From Spirochaetales bacterium (lineage in GTDB: Bacteria > Spirochaetota > Spirochaetia > JAIPGG01), in assembly GCA_021736255.1 (NCBI GenBank), contig JAIPGG010000001.1, positions 11,506 to 75,505 on the forward strand: a stretch of DNA of 64,000 nucleotides. The letters run 5' to 3'. The notes under the pieces are model-generated. The model ran no database searches and was not told the DNA's origin. It worked only from the letters and a program-made list of their open reading frames with translations. The number at the start of each line of letters is the position of its first letter. Position 1 is the stretch's first letter. This document shows, one piece after another, positions 50,015-60,004 of this stretch. The translations under genes and the position numbers were made by a program.

Positions 50015-50195
50015 ATGGCGGAGGAACCGTTCGAGGTTCCACTGCTCCGGCAGTATATCCAAATCAGAGAAAAAACGCAACGCCGCTGCACCTTGCCGAA
50101 AGCCTGTCCCGGCCGATAACTAGGGATGGACACATTGTTGCAGGCTGTTCAATAATGAAAGATCTGTAAAGGTTCCGCACAGATGGTGATAGATC

Positions 50196-51572
50196 ATGAA
50201 AAAACCGAACTTTCAGGATATGCACAAGGTTGTTGCCATCGGGCTTCCTCTGATGGCCGGCCTTTTCGCTGAATATTTGATGTATCTTGCTGATTCCTCG
50301 ATGGTCGGGCGGTTAGGAACCGAGTATCTGGCGGCAATCGCAGTAGGCGGATTGGTTGCCGAGATACTGTGGAACTTTTGCTGGACCATCAGTCCCGGTA
50401 CTCAGAGTATTGCAGCCCGCCGGTATGGACGGGTGCAGGCTGCTAAGCTCAATTCCCCGGAATACAAAAGAGCGGTAAAAAATACCGCTCAGGTAATGGA
50501 TCATGCACTTATTTTTTCATTTATTACCGGCATTGCATCGTTTTTGCTTGCCTCCTTTTCCCGGTCATTTCTGCAGCTGGTTATTGATGACCCGGAAATC
50601 GTTACCATCGCAGTACAGTATATCGACATTATCAAGTGGTCAATGCTGCCGGTGGCGGTGTATTTCGGGATATATGGATTTCTTTCCGGCTTGAATATTA
50701 TCAAACCGGTTATGTATTCGACCATCGGGACGAATGTTCTCAATTTTTTCCTTGATTATGTTCTGATTTTCGGGAAATTCGGGTTTCCGGCTATGGGGAT
50801 TGAAGGGGCTGCTTTAGGAACGGCTATTGCCCAGACCGGAGGACTCATATACACCCTCATTGTTCTTTTGAGCCACCCCCATTTGAAGGAGTATACCCTA
50901 TTCCGCTTCCGAAAAATCCGGCCGGCTACTATTCGGGATGTGGCGCTCTATTCCCTTCCCATTGCTTTCCAGCACAGCACCAATCAGGTTCTCTTGCTCG
51001 TTTTTGAAGGGCTCATTAACCGGTACGGAGCAGCGTATCTTGCGGTTGTTCATATCCTTTTTCTTATGGCCTGGTCCGGTAAGTCGGTGATCGGGGGTAT
51101 AGCCCAGGGGGCTTCGATCCTGGTCGGAAATGCGCTCGGCCGGGGAGAACGGGAAACGGCGGTGCGTTACGTGTGGGCCTCGGTATGGTTTGCCGCACTT
51201 ATCGCTTCGGCGATTGCAGCCGTTTTCTTGTTCATGCCGGAGATGGTCGTCCGATTGTTCAACAGCGATGCACAAACACTGCGTGTGGGTAGTGTTGCGC
51301 TTCGGATGATGATCCCCTTCTTTTTTGTTCTCTTTATGGCCTTTACCTTCGAGGTAGTCTTTTCCCATAACGGACTAGGGAGGTTTGTATTTCTCTCCGA
51401 TGCATTGAGCAGTCTGTTATTTCTTCTGGGGTATGCGGCCTTGATGGTATTCGTCTTCGATGCAGGCGGATGGGCGGTACTTGTTGGCTTCGGACTGTAT
51501 CTTGCAGGTCACGCTCTGGTAATGACGCTTGGTTACCGTTCGGGGAAGTGGCTGGAAATGCATGTGGAGTAA
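50196..51572 (+). CDS. MATE family efflux transporter
   Basis: DSSMVGRLG, NFFLDYVLIFG.FGFPAMGIEGAALGT, LVGNALG; about 12 TM segments. Confidence 0.9.
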   Translation: MKKPNFQDMHKVVAIGLPLMAGLFAEYLMYLADSSMVGRLGTEYLAAIAVGGLVAEILWNFCWTISPGTQSIAARRYGRVQAAKLNSPEYKRAVKNTAQVMDHALIFSFITGIASFLLASFSRSFLQLVIDDPEIVTIAVQYIDIIKWSMLPVAVYFGIYGFLSGLNIIKPVMYSTIGTNVLNFFLDYVLIFGKFGFPAMGIEGAALGTAIAQTGGLIYTLIVLLSHPHLKEYTLFRFRKIRPATIRDVALYSLPIAFQHSTNQVLLLVFEGLINRYGAAYLAVVHILFLMAWSGKSVIGGIAQGASILVGNALGRGERETAVRYVWASVWFAALIASAIAAVFLFMPEMVVRLFNSDAQTLRVGSVALRMMIPFFFVLFMAFTFEVVFSHNGLGRFVFLSDALSSLLFLLGYAALMVFVFDAGGWAVLVGFGLYLAGHALVMTLGYRSGKWLEMHVE

Positions 51573-51596
51573 CGATAAAAGACGAAGGAGGAAAAG

Positions 51597-52670
51597 ATGA
51601 ATGCCGGAGCGAATTTCCTGCAGCGCCTTCTCGGGCGTCTTTCGAAGCGGAATGCAATCAAGGAATTGCGCAACAGGATTGCAGAAAAAGGGATCGAGAG
51701 CATCGATCATGAATACGTTGGAGAACTGGAATCGCGATACGGCGTTTCCTTCGATCGCGATCTTTCCGAAGAAAGGAAAGCCGTGTATAGAGATTTTCTC
51801 GATGCGTGCCTGACCGACAAATGGCTCGACAACAATGAAATCAGCGAGCTCCGCAGGCTGCGGGATCTCCTCGGGCTGACTGATCGGCAGGAACGGGAAG
51901 TGCGGGAAGCGGCAGTTACAGAGGTCTATCGGGAAACATTGAAAGAGGCGTTGGCCGATAATGAGATCAACGAAGATGAACGCCGCACCCTGCAGCTCAT
52001 GCAGGAGAACCTGGCCATTTCCGAAGAACAGGCTGCGCGTATTTACCGGCAAACGGCTACCGAGCGTCTGCAGTCTATTCTCGACAAGGCGATCTCCGAC
52101 AAAGAGCTTTCCCCGGAAGAAGACAAAGAGATGGAGCAGGTGGCACGGAATCTCGGGATAACCCTTTCCTTGTCCGACAAGACGAAAGCTGCACTCGAGC
52201 GCTACCGTCTGTACTGGCAGATCAAAAACGGCGAGCTTCCCGAGCCGGCGGTGACTTTGAATCTGTCCAAAGGGGAACACTGTCATTTCTTTGCCAATAT
52301 CAACTGGTACGAACTCCAACAGGTGACTCGGCGGACTCGCTCGGGCGGGCCGACATTTCGGCTAAAGTTGATGAAGGGAATCTATTGGCGGATGGAGAAT
52401 CTAGGGCTTCGGCGGCTCAGTGAAGATGAAATGACCCTCGTCGACAGCGGTACGGTTTATCTAACCAACACGCGTCTCTTGTTTCTTGGTTCACGGAAAA
52501 ACAGTATGATCCGGTTGAATAGCATTTTGGATTACGAGGTCTATTCGAATGGGGTTCAGCTGCAAAATAGTTCAGGAGCAAGCCCGTTTTTAGAGTTCTC
52601 GAAGAACGTGGATCTTTTTGCCCTGATTCTTGCCCGTCTGCTCCGACAGAGAAGCTATTCCAAACAATAA
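51597..52670 (+). CDS. Hypothetical protein: three TerB-like helical repeats plus C-terminal PH-like domain
   Basis: Repeats of D-x-x-[LI]-x-x-x-E...L...LG[LI]; C-terminal DSGTVYLTNTRLLFLG. AAGGAGG SD. Confidence 0.6.
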   Translation: MNAGANFLQRLLGRLSKRNAIKELRNRIAEKGIESIDHEYVGELESRYGVSFDRDLSEERKAVYRDFLDACLTDKWLDNNEISELRRLRDLLGLTDRQEREVREAAVTEVYRETLKEALADNEINEDERRTLQLMQENLAISEEQAARIYRQTATERLQSILDKAISDKELSPEEDKEMEQVARNLGITLSLSDKTKAALERYRLYWQIKNGELPEPAVTLNLSKGEHCHFFANINWYELQQVTRRTRSGGPTFRLKLMKGIYWRMENLGLRRLSEDEMTLVDSGTVYLTNTRLLFLGSRKNSMIRLNSILDYEVYSNGVQLQNSSGASPFLEFSKNVDLFALILARLLRQRSYSKQ

Positions 52671-52710
52671 TCATTCGCGATTACAGCCTTTTCTTATTAT
52701 AATGAAAACT

Positions 52711-54678
52711 ATGGAAAATGTTTTTTCAGGAAATTCCGGGGAGGGGTGTTTTGATTATCAGCAAGCCGCAGAGGACCTGAGGGCCGAAAGCGGTGCAAAA
52801 TATGTAGTCTTCAACGAGCTCATCAGGGGCGAAAAGCTTCTTGAAACAAGGGCAATAGCAGGGGGAAGTGAACAGATTCGCAAGGCCGCCGGTTTCCTCG
52901 GGCTCGATCTTGTCGGTTCGAAATGGGAACCGGATGAACTCGTAGAGCGAGTGATCAATATGCCCAGCCTGAGTTATCTCGGAACACTTCCCGATGTAAG
53001 TATGAACCAAATTCCCGCGCCGCTGGGCCTCGCTGTGTCCCGGATGTTCGGGGTTGATGCTGTCTATGGAATGGGGCTTCAAACCGGAGGGGAAAAACTC
53101 GGGTTCTTCCTTTTTTTTCTTAAGAAGGGAGAGGAGCTCAGGAATGCTTCGCAGCTCGACCGGATCATCCGGTATATCGGCATAGCCCTCAAGGCCGTAC
53201 GGGAGAGGAACGCCCTGCCGGCGGGGGATGTGCTCGGTGACATCCGGGTGGAATCAGAGCGGGAGGAAATCGAGGAAGCTCTGGTTCCTGAAATCCTCTA
53301 CCAACTCGATGACCAATCGCGCGTTGTTTTTCTCAGCCGCGCCATAACCCGGTATGGATATCAGCCGGAAGAACTGATCGGCCGGAGTGTGTTTGAAATC
53401 ATTCATCCCGAGGACCGGGAACGAGCCCAGTGGCGGATAAACGAGCGGCGCACAGGGGAAAGACGTACCTTTCAGTTCGAACTCCGCCTGCTTCCAAAGG
53501 ACCGGGAGCCAATACGCTTTTCAGTTTACGGGTATCAGCTGGAAATCGATCCGGTAATTGTTATCGATGCCAGGGGCTTATACCGGGAAGATGAGGCCGG
53601 AAAGAAAACCTTTCAGGGAACGGTGGGGGTGGCTCGTGATATGACCCAGGTTCGGGCCCTCGAAAAGCAGCTTTCGGAGCAGAAAATCATCTCCGACACC
53701 ATAGCAGAGGCTATTCAGGAGGCAATATGGGTTGAGGAATCCGGTCCCAAGCGAATTCTGTATGTTAATAAGGCCTTCGAGAATATGTTCGGGAACTCTG
53801 AAGCCTGGCTCTCGGTCGTCCACCCGGAAGACCGGGAAAAGATGAGAAAGCGAAGCGAAGACCCTGCTTCCACAGAGGAGTTTCGGGAATACCGCATTCT
53901 CTCCGGTGATAGCGTGCGGTGGATCAGGTCCATTCTCTTTCCTGTTCGGGTTGATGCGGAGGGGACCCCCAACCGCTTCGTAGGGCTTGCTGAGGACATC
54001 ACCTCCCTCAAGGAGAGAGAAAATGAACTAAAGCAGTCCCTGGAAGTGAAGACTCTGCTGATGCGGGAGATTTATCACCGGGTAAAAAACAACCTGATGA
54101 TTATCGACAGCATCATTTCGCTCGAATTGGCTGATATGCCCGACAAAGATATGTCCGCGCGCAGCGTCCTTCAGAGCGTTCAGTCGCGGATCGCCACCAT
54201 GGGGATCATACACCAGATGCTGTTTCGCGATTCGGGGCACAGTGATGCGCGGCAGGGAGAGCTGGATATACGGGAGTATCTTGACTATTTGCTCGATTAT
54301 CTGCTGAGAAGCTTGACCGAGGACCCGGGAAGGATTCGAGTCCATTCTCAGGTCGATACGATAATGCTTGATTCTGATCAGGCGGTGCCTCTTGGGTTGA
54401 TTGTAACGGAACTGATAATAAACGCGCTGAAGTATGGTTTTCCAGAAGGACGCTCCGGGCGGCTCGAACTCCACTTTCAGGAAATCGGTGAGGAGTATCA
54501 TCTCATCGTATGGAACGATGGTCCTCAGTATGGAAAAACCGGTACGAATCAGAACGGGGTGCACTTGGGTTTTCAACTCATCGAGACCCTCACCGAGCAG
54601 CTGGACGGCAGATGCATCTTTCCCGAAGAGGGCGGGGATGCCCGGTTTGAGATAGTAATTCCTCGGCGTTCGGATTAG
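52711..54678 (+). CDS. Cytoplasmic PAS-domain sensor histidine kinase (HisKA_2 type)
   Basis: Two PAS domains (IHPEDRE, VHPEDRE), EIYHRVKNNL, ELIINALKYGF. Start at 52702 or 52711 (TATAAT 7 nt before 52711). Confidence 0.88.
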   Translation: MENVFSGNSGEGCFDYQQAAEDLRAESGAKYVVFNELIRGEKLLETRAIAGGSEQIRKAAGFLGLDLVGSKWEPDELVERVINMPSLSYLGTLPDVSMNQIPAPLGLAVSRMFGVDAVYGMGLQTGGEKLGFFLFFLKKGEELRNASQLDRIIRYIGIALKAVRERNALPAGDVLGDIRVESEREEIEEALVPEILYQLDDQSRVVFLSRAITRYGYQPEELIGRSVFEIIHPEDRERAQWRINERRTGERRTFQFELRLLPKDREPIRFSVYGYQLEIDPVIVIDARGLYREDEAGKKTFQGTVGVARDMTQVRALEKQLSEQKIISDTIAEAIQEAIWVEESGPKRILYVNKAFENMFGNSEAWLSVVHPEDREKMRKRSEDPASTEEFREYRILSGDSVRWIRSILFPVRVDAEGTPNRFVGLAEDITSLKERENELKQSLEVKTLLMREIYHRVKNNLMIIDSIISLELADMPDKDMSARSVLQSVQSRIATMGIIHQMLFRDSGHSDARQGELDIREYLDYLLDYLLRSLTEDPGRIRVHSQVDTIMLDSDQAVPLGLIVTELIINALKYGFPEGRSGRLELHFQEIGEEYHLIVWNDGPQYGKTGTNQNGVHLGFQLIETLTEQLDGRCIFPEEGGDARFEIVIPRRSD

Positions 54679-54728
54679 CGGCGTCTTTTGTTTGATTTCC
54701 CTGCTTTCATGGGCTAAGCTGTATCTAT

Positions 54729-56900
54729 GTGATGGAAAAAAGGATCGAACAGATGGATCAGAACAAGCAAGAGGTTATTCAGCTTCCTCGCGGAGGCTAT
54801 TTGGCTCATACTCCGATAGGACCGATACAGTTCGGTTCCCCGCCGGAAACAATAAAAGATACCATGGGTACTGAGCACGGCGTTCCTCAGTATTTTGTTC
54901 TTCCGAAAAAGTTTTTCAACTGGATCAAGGGAATAAGCGTGGCCGAGGTCGAATTCCCGTTATACTACAATTTCTTTTTAAAAAAACGGAAGACTACCAT
55001 TATCTGTACCCCGGAACAGCATAAGCGGTTTATGGCGGCATTGCAGCAGGCGGTATTCGGTCCGGAAGATCTCGATCTCTTGCAGAACTACAGCTCGGAA
55101 CTCGATCCGGAGGATCTGCCTCCTATCAAGGCGGAGCTCGATTTTTTTCGTCACGGACTGCAGCTCGATGACCTGGTTGAATTCCGGTTTTTCGAAAATG
55201 ATCAGGTACTCATTGAAGATCTGAAAATCGAGCTCGAGGAAGACAAAGAGTTTCTCCTGAGCCGCCGGGGGGAGGAACTTGCCAGGGTGCCGGCTATGAT
55301 CGAGTACCACCCTACCTATGATATCGGACGCCGTTTGCCGGAACCCTACAAACCGCCTTTGTTCGGCGTAACCTGTCTGGGGCCGAGCCATGGTTTTGAT
55401 CCAACCGAAAACACTTCGGGATTTATTCTGTGGATGAACCGTCGGGGAATCATGATCGACCCACCCGTCAATACGACTGAGTGGCTGGTGGCATCGAATG
55501 TCAATCCGAAACTCATCGACAGTATTATTCTTACCCACTGTCATGCCGATCACGATGCCGGCACCTTTCAAAAGATACTCGAAGAGAGCAAGGTCGATGT
55601 CTACACGGTTCCGACTGTCATGAACAGTTTCCTCCGGAAATACAGCGCCCTTACCGGGGTTTCGCGGGAATATCTGCAGCAGCTCTTTGAATACCGGCCG
55701 GTCAGTATCGATCAACCGGCCTTTATAAACGGGGGGAAATTCACCTTTCATTTCTCTCTCCATTCGATACCCACGATCGGATTTCAGCTCGAACACGAAG
55801 GTGCATCTTTTGTCTATTCTTCGGACCACAACAATGACCCGGAGATTCACAAAAAACTCTATGACGAGGGGTTGATCTCTCAAAAACGCTACGAAGAGCT
55901 CCTCAATTTTCCATGGTATGCCGACCTGATCTATCACGAAGCCGGTATTCCCCCTCTTCATACCCCGGTAACCGTCCTCAACTCACTTCCAACAAAGATC
56001 AGGAAGAAAATAATCACCTACCATATTGCCAAAAAGGATTTTCCTAAACGCACACCGCTGCGCCTTGCCCAGTTCGGTATCGAACACACTGTTACCATGC
56101 CCGTTAAACCGCCGGACCATGAAGGTGCGTATCATATACTCGGCTTGCTCGACCATCTCGATATCTTCGAAGATATTCCCGTCCGAAAAGCCCGCGAGTT
56201 CGTCAGCATCGTAAAGGAAGAGTCGTTTCGAAAAGGATCAAGGATCATCGAAAAGGGTACGGTGGGAGACAAATTCTACATAATCAAATCCGGCAATGTA
56301 GCGGTTCTGGGAAAGGACCTCGAGCACAGAAAGATTTACGGAGCCTATGATTATTTTGGAGAGGTCGCTCTGTTGACCAGTGCTCCCCGGACTGCAGATG
56401 TGGTTGCCGAAACGGATGTTTCTCTCTACACCATTGAAAAGGAGAAATTTCTTCATTTTATCCGGAATACCGATCTCGATCACACGCTGCGCAGGCTCAC
56501 CCAGATACGGGACAGCGAAACCTGGAACATACTCTCGACCAGTCCGATTTTACGAATTTTGACGAGTACACAGAAGACTCTGCTCGAGTCGATGCTCCAC
56601 AAGCGGACAATAGACAAGCCGGGTACTCTTGTCGAAGAGGGAGCGCAGTACCGGCAGATCTATATTATCAGGGACGGCTCGGTTGAAGTCAGGGATGGTG
56701 GAGAAAAGGTAACCACGCTCGGACGGGGAGATTTTATCGGTGCAATGGGGAAAATCCACCGGAATGAACCTGCCTCGGTTAGCTTTCAGAACACAACCCC
56801 CCTGAAGGTGTATATTATGAAGAAGGAAGATGTCATTGCCTTTCTCAAAAAGAACCCGGGCCTGATTATGAAGCTGGACTATGATTATCCGGGGGCATGA
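54729..56900 (+). CDS. MBL-fold cyclic-nucleotide phosphodiesterase with two cNMP-binding domains
   Basis: LGPSHGFD, THCHADHDAG, LHSIPT, YSSD, HEAG. cNMP domains FGEVALL...RTADV and GDFIG. Confidence 0.85.
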   Translation: MMEKRIEQMDQNKQEVIQLPRGGYLAHTPIGPIQFGSPPETIKDTMGTEHGVPQYFVLPKKFFNWIKGISVAEVEFPLYYNFFLKKRKTTIICTPEQHKRFMAALQQAVFGPEDLDLLQNYSSELDPEDLPPIKAELDFFRHGLQLDDLVEFRFFENDQVLIEDLKIELEEDKEFLLSRRGEELARVPAMIEYHPTYDIGRRLPEPYKPPLFGVTCLGPSHGFDPTENTSGFILWMNRRGIMIDPPVNTTEWLVASNVNPKLIDSIILTHCHADHDAGTFQKILEESKVDVYTVPTVMNSFLRKYSALTGVSREYLQQLFEYRPVSIDQPAFINGGKFTFHFSLHSIPTIGFQLEHEGASFVYSSDHNNDPEIHKKLYDEGLISQKRYEELLNFPWYADLIYHEAGIPPLHTPVTVLNSLPTKIRKKIITYHIAKKDFPKRTPLRLAQFGIEHTVTMPVKPPDHEGAYHILGLLDHLDIFEDIPVRKAREFVSIVKEESFRKGSRIIEKGTVGDKFYIIKSGNVAVLGKDLEHRKIYGAYDYFGEVALLTSAPRTADVVAETDVSLYTIEKEKFLHFIRNTDLDHTLRRLTQIRDSETWNILSTSPILRILTSTQKTLLESMLHKRTIDKPGTLVEEGAQYRQIYIIRDGSVEVRDGGEKVTTLGRGDFIGAMGKIHRNEPASVSFQNTTPLKVYIMKKEDVIAFLKKNPGLIMKLDYDYPGA

Positions 56901-56912
56901 GTCTTTACAAAA

Positions 56913-57866
56913 TCAATCGTCGTCCCGGCGGGTGTCGAATACGGCCCAGAGAGGGCGGTGATCGCTTACGGCAAGGCTCGCTTTTCGATCATCATTGTCG
57001 TATTCGATTTCGTCGAAGAAGTAGACCCCCCAGCGGCCGGTGAATTCAGCGTTCCCGGTGTGCTCGGGGGAAAACCGGATATTGTCGTAGAGGCGGTCTC
57101 TGATACTGGTAGGAAGGATCGGGTTTACCGGATCGGTGATACGGTCCAGGCCGGTAAAGGCCTCGTCATCCGGAGGCAGGTTGAAGTCCCCGGCAAGCAA
57201 GAGGTCCTTTTCTCCCTCGAGCTCTACCAGCATCCCCTTATAGAGTAAATCCAGGAGCCTTACTTCCCCGCGCCGCTGACGGATGGAATCTCCGTAGATA
57301 ATGTGGATCGTCATCACGAAAAAATCGAAGTTTCCTGCCCGAAACCCGGCCACGTAAGGCTCGCGGATAAAGTAATCCTTCTCGTCTGAAATCATGTAGG
57401 TTTTTCTGAACAGCTCGATTCTGTCATCTCGATAGAGAAAGGCGTACCGCTCGGTGATCCCCCGGCCAACCGGTGGAGACACAATATATTCATACCCAAG
57501 ATCATAATCCCTTTTGAGCATGGCAACCGTACGCTTTAGAATCTGTTCGTCTCGAACTTCTTGAAGGGCAATCAGATCGAAATGTTTCAGTATATCGCAA
57601 ATTGCCGAGAGCTCATGCTCGTTTCTCGATCCGTCGGAGAAGATTCGAATATTAAAGGTGGCTATGGATATCTCGTGATCTACTGTGACGGGCAGTTCCC
57701 GAGACTGAGCGCCGATATTCGGGGGAACAGCGGCAAAAAGAATAGAGAGAACTATCGGAAATATGATCCGGACAAGACCGGATGGGTTATTTTTTCCCTG
57801 TCTCAAAGAGTTTCTCGAGTATCTGAGTGTAGTCTTGCTTTGTGTAAACGGGTATGTTGTTTTCAT
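56913..57866 (-). CDS. Exported DNase I-like endonuclease/exonuclease/phosphatase (start uncertain)
   Basis: IATFNI, IALQEV, ERYAFLY, REPY, AGDFN, YDNI, VSDHRP; hydrophobic signal segment. Confidence 0.82.
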   Translation of the reverse strand: MKTTYPFTQSKTTLRYSRNSLRQGKNNPSGLVRIIFPIVLSILFAAVPPNIGAQSRELPVTVDHEISIATFNIRIFSDGSRNEHELSAICDILKHFDLIALQEVRDEQILKRTVAMLKRDYDLGYEYIVSPPVGRGITERYAFLYRDDRIELFRKTYMISDEKDYFIREPYVAGFRAGNFDFFVMTIHIIYGDSIRQRRGEVRLLDLLYKGMLVELEGEKDLLLAGDFNLPPDDEAFTGLDRITDPVNPILPTSIRDRLYDNIRFSPEHTGNAEFTGRWGVYFFDEIEYDNDDRKASLAVSDHRPLWAVFDTRRDDD

Positions 57867-59031
57867 TCGATCCGTTCGATGCAGCACGTTCTGCGATGAG
57901 GGGGATGTCTTCCGGTGGAACGGCAAAACTCGAAAAATCCGGCAGACCGACTTCTGCGGACAACCAGCGAACGCGATTTATGGCGGAAAGAGCACTGTTT
58001 TTGGGTTCCTCCGATTCATCTGTGCTCATAGCAGCGGATAAGGCTGCATAGCGGTCTGCTATCGATAGATCAGCCGATTCTCCCCTGGCAAGATTGAACT
58101 CCATGACCTCCGGAAGGCAGACGGAGTTTGCCGCGCCGTGGGGTATATCGTACAAGCCGCCGAGGGCCTCGGCTATGCAATGAACAGCTCCAACATCCGC
58201 ATGGCTGAAGGCAAGCCCTGCCAGTAGACTGCCGCTCATAACGGCGGATCTGGCTCGGCTGTCTTTTCCGTCTTTTACAGCTGTGGGAAGCCGGCGGCTT
58301 AAGAGTCCGGCTGCATGAAGTGCGCAGGCATCCGAAATGGGTTCGGATGCCTGTGAGGTATAGGCTTCGATTGCGTGGGTAAGGGCATCCATGCCTGTTG
58401 CGGCGGTGAGTGCCGGCGGAAGGGTGTGGGTGAGCTGTGGATCGATGATCGCCAGGGCCGGAGCGATGGCCGGGGTTTTTATCGTAAATTTTGTGTTACG
58501 GGTTGTGTCGGTAATAACTGAGCTGAAGGTTACTTCGCTTCCTGTTCCTGCGGTTGTGGGTACGGCAATCAAGGGGGGTATAATCGAAGCTGATTTGTTC
58601 TCACGTGCTTTCGAAAGCAGAGAATCGACTTGATCCCTGTCTTGAAATAGCGCAGGTTCTCCGCCCAATCCCGCTGTGAGTACTGCTGCTTTCGCAGCGT
58701 CAATAGCGCTTCCTCCTCCAACGGCTACGACCATACCAGCTTGGAAGTCATGAAACAAAGCCGCTATAGCCATGACCTCACTGTCCTTCGGGTTTGCCGT
58801 TACCTTGGAATAGATTTCAATTCCGTACCCGGCTGTTTCAAGCATATCAACAATTGCAGAGAACCATAGCTGTTTTTCGATTCCATTGTCCGTTACCACG
58901 AGTATTCTGCAGGCGGAGTTATTGGAGGAAGGAAGGGCCTCCTTGAGTTTTTCCGGGAGAAGATTGACGGCTCCTTCACCGAATTCAATTTTTGTAGGAA
59001 GAAGAAAAGAAAATGAGGTTGTTTTAAACAT
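57787..59031 (-). CDS. Iron-containing alcohol dehydrogenase
   Basis: PTKIEFG, GGGSAIDAAK, PTTAGTGSE, TGMDALTHAIE, HCIAE, PHG. Realistic start is 59031 or 59037 rather than 59313. Confidence 0.92.
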   Translation of the reverse strand: MFKTTSFSFLLPTKIEFGEGAVNLLPEKLKEALPSSNNSACRILVVTDNGIEKQLWFSAIVDMLETAGYGIEIYSKVTANPKDSEVMAIAALFHDFQAGMVVAVGGGSAIDAAKAAVLTAGLGGEPALFQDRDQVDSLLSKARENKSASIIPPLIAVPTTAGTGSEVTFSSVITDTTRNTKFTIKTPAIAPALAIIDPQLTHTLPPALTAATGMDALTHAIEAYTSQASEPISDACALHAAGLLSRRLPTAVKDGKDSRARSAVMSGSLLAGLAFSHADVGAVHCIAEALGGLYDIPHGAANSVCLPEVMEFNLARGESADLSIADRYAALSAAMSTDESEEPKNSALSAINRVRWLSAEVGLPDFSSFAVPPEDIPLIAERAASNGSNENNIPVYTKQDYTQILEKLFETGKK

Positions 59032-59173
59032 ATACATTATTGATATTCTTTCTTCCGGAAATTTGCAAATTCGCTCGTGATTATTTGCACTATCTTTTCG
59101 GAAATACCTGCGGTTCCTCTTTTTTCGACACGAAAATGACGATATTCTATATAGTATCCGAAGGAGGAAACTG

Positions 59174-59965
59174 ATGAACCTACGTCCATTTCGAGATATA
59201 AGGGTGGGGATACGGCCGCCGAAACGTGTATGGATTCTCCTGTCTGTTGCCGCTTTCCTGTTTTTTTTCACATTGCTTCCTTTGAGTTCGACCTCGATCC
59301 GGTCGATCACCACTGTGGAGTCGGAACTTTATTCTTTTGATGACCACACCTGGGACATAGAAGAGGTCGGTATATTCAGTGTTACAGAACAGTTGAGTAT
59401 AGTCGGGAAGGTGCAGTGGTACCAAGAAACCTGGAAACAGGGGGTCAAAGGGATGGCAGGCGTCGTGTTTCCGGTTATCCCCTCCTCATACATGGAAACA
59501 TCCTATGGGCTTGCTTTTGAGGATACTGGTGATATTGTTCATCACGCCCTAGCTGATTTTTACTATGAACATCCGGCTTTTCTGGGGCTGCTCAGTGTCC
59601 GCGCCCAATTTTCCGATAACGGTCAAGTCTATATGCCTTCGGTCGGCATTAAGTGGTATACCACCGACCGCCTTTCTTTGTGGGGAAAATATACAACATC
59701 CATCGACACAGTTATTGGCTTCGACCACTCCTTCTGGGGGGAAGCGGAATATAAAATTCTGGACCCTCTTCTTCTAAAGGCAGGAGGAACAATCGGTTCA
59801 TATCATGCGGATGAATCGAGTCCTCAGGAACTGGAATATTCCTTTCTCGGCGGACTGGGATTTCTCCCAATGGAAATGATCAAATTGTCCTACCAGTTTG
59901 AATATACAATCCGGCAGCAGTATGGAATAATCAGTAATGCTCTTATTCTTGATGCGAGGTTGTAA
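59174..59965 (+). CDS. Putative outer-membrane beta-barrel protein (YaiO-like)
   Basis: AAGGAGG SD, signal-like N-terminus, aromatic amphipathic strands, C-terminal NALILDARL. Context next to HEAT/GT2. Confidence 0.55.
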   Translation: MNLRPFRDIRVGIRPPKRVWILLSVAAFLFFFTLLPLSSTSIRSITTVESELYSFDDHTWDIEEVGIFSVTEQLSIVGKVQWYQETWKQGVKGMAGVVFPVIPSSYMETSYGLAFEDTGDIVHHALADFYYEHPAFLGLLSVRAQFSDNGQVYMPSVGIKWYTTDRLSLWGKYTTSIDTVIGFDHSFWGEAEYKILDPLLLKAGGTIGSYHADESSPQELEYSFLGGLGFLPMEMIKLSYQFEYTIRQQYGIISNALILDARL

Positions 59966-60004
59966 TCTCCGAAGATTCAAATCAGAAGGACCGGGAGGCA
60001 TTGA

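Noticed and set aside
50023..50040. GGAACC-GTTCGA-GGTTCC hairpin resembling a tRNA T-arm next to tRNA-Ala
   Set aside because: No acceptor, D or anticodon arms, and it lies on the opposite strand to the tRNA. Probably a leader or chance hairpin.
47505..55961. Long antisense ORFs (e.g. 47505..48470 +, 51417..52319 -, 54978..55961 -) and the many short overlapping ORFs in the track
   Set aside because: They shadow well-supported genes on the opposite strand and show no recognisable motifs or SDs.
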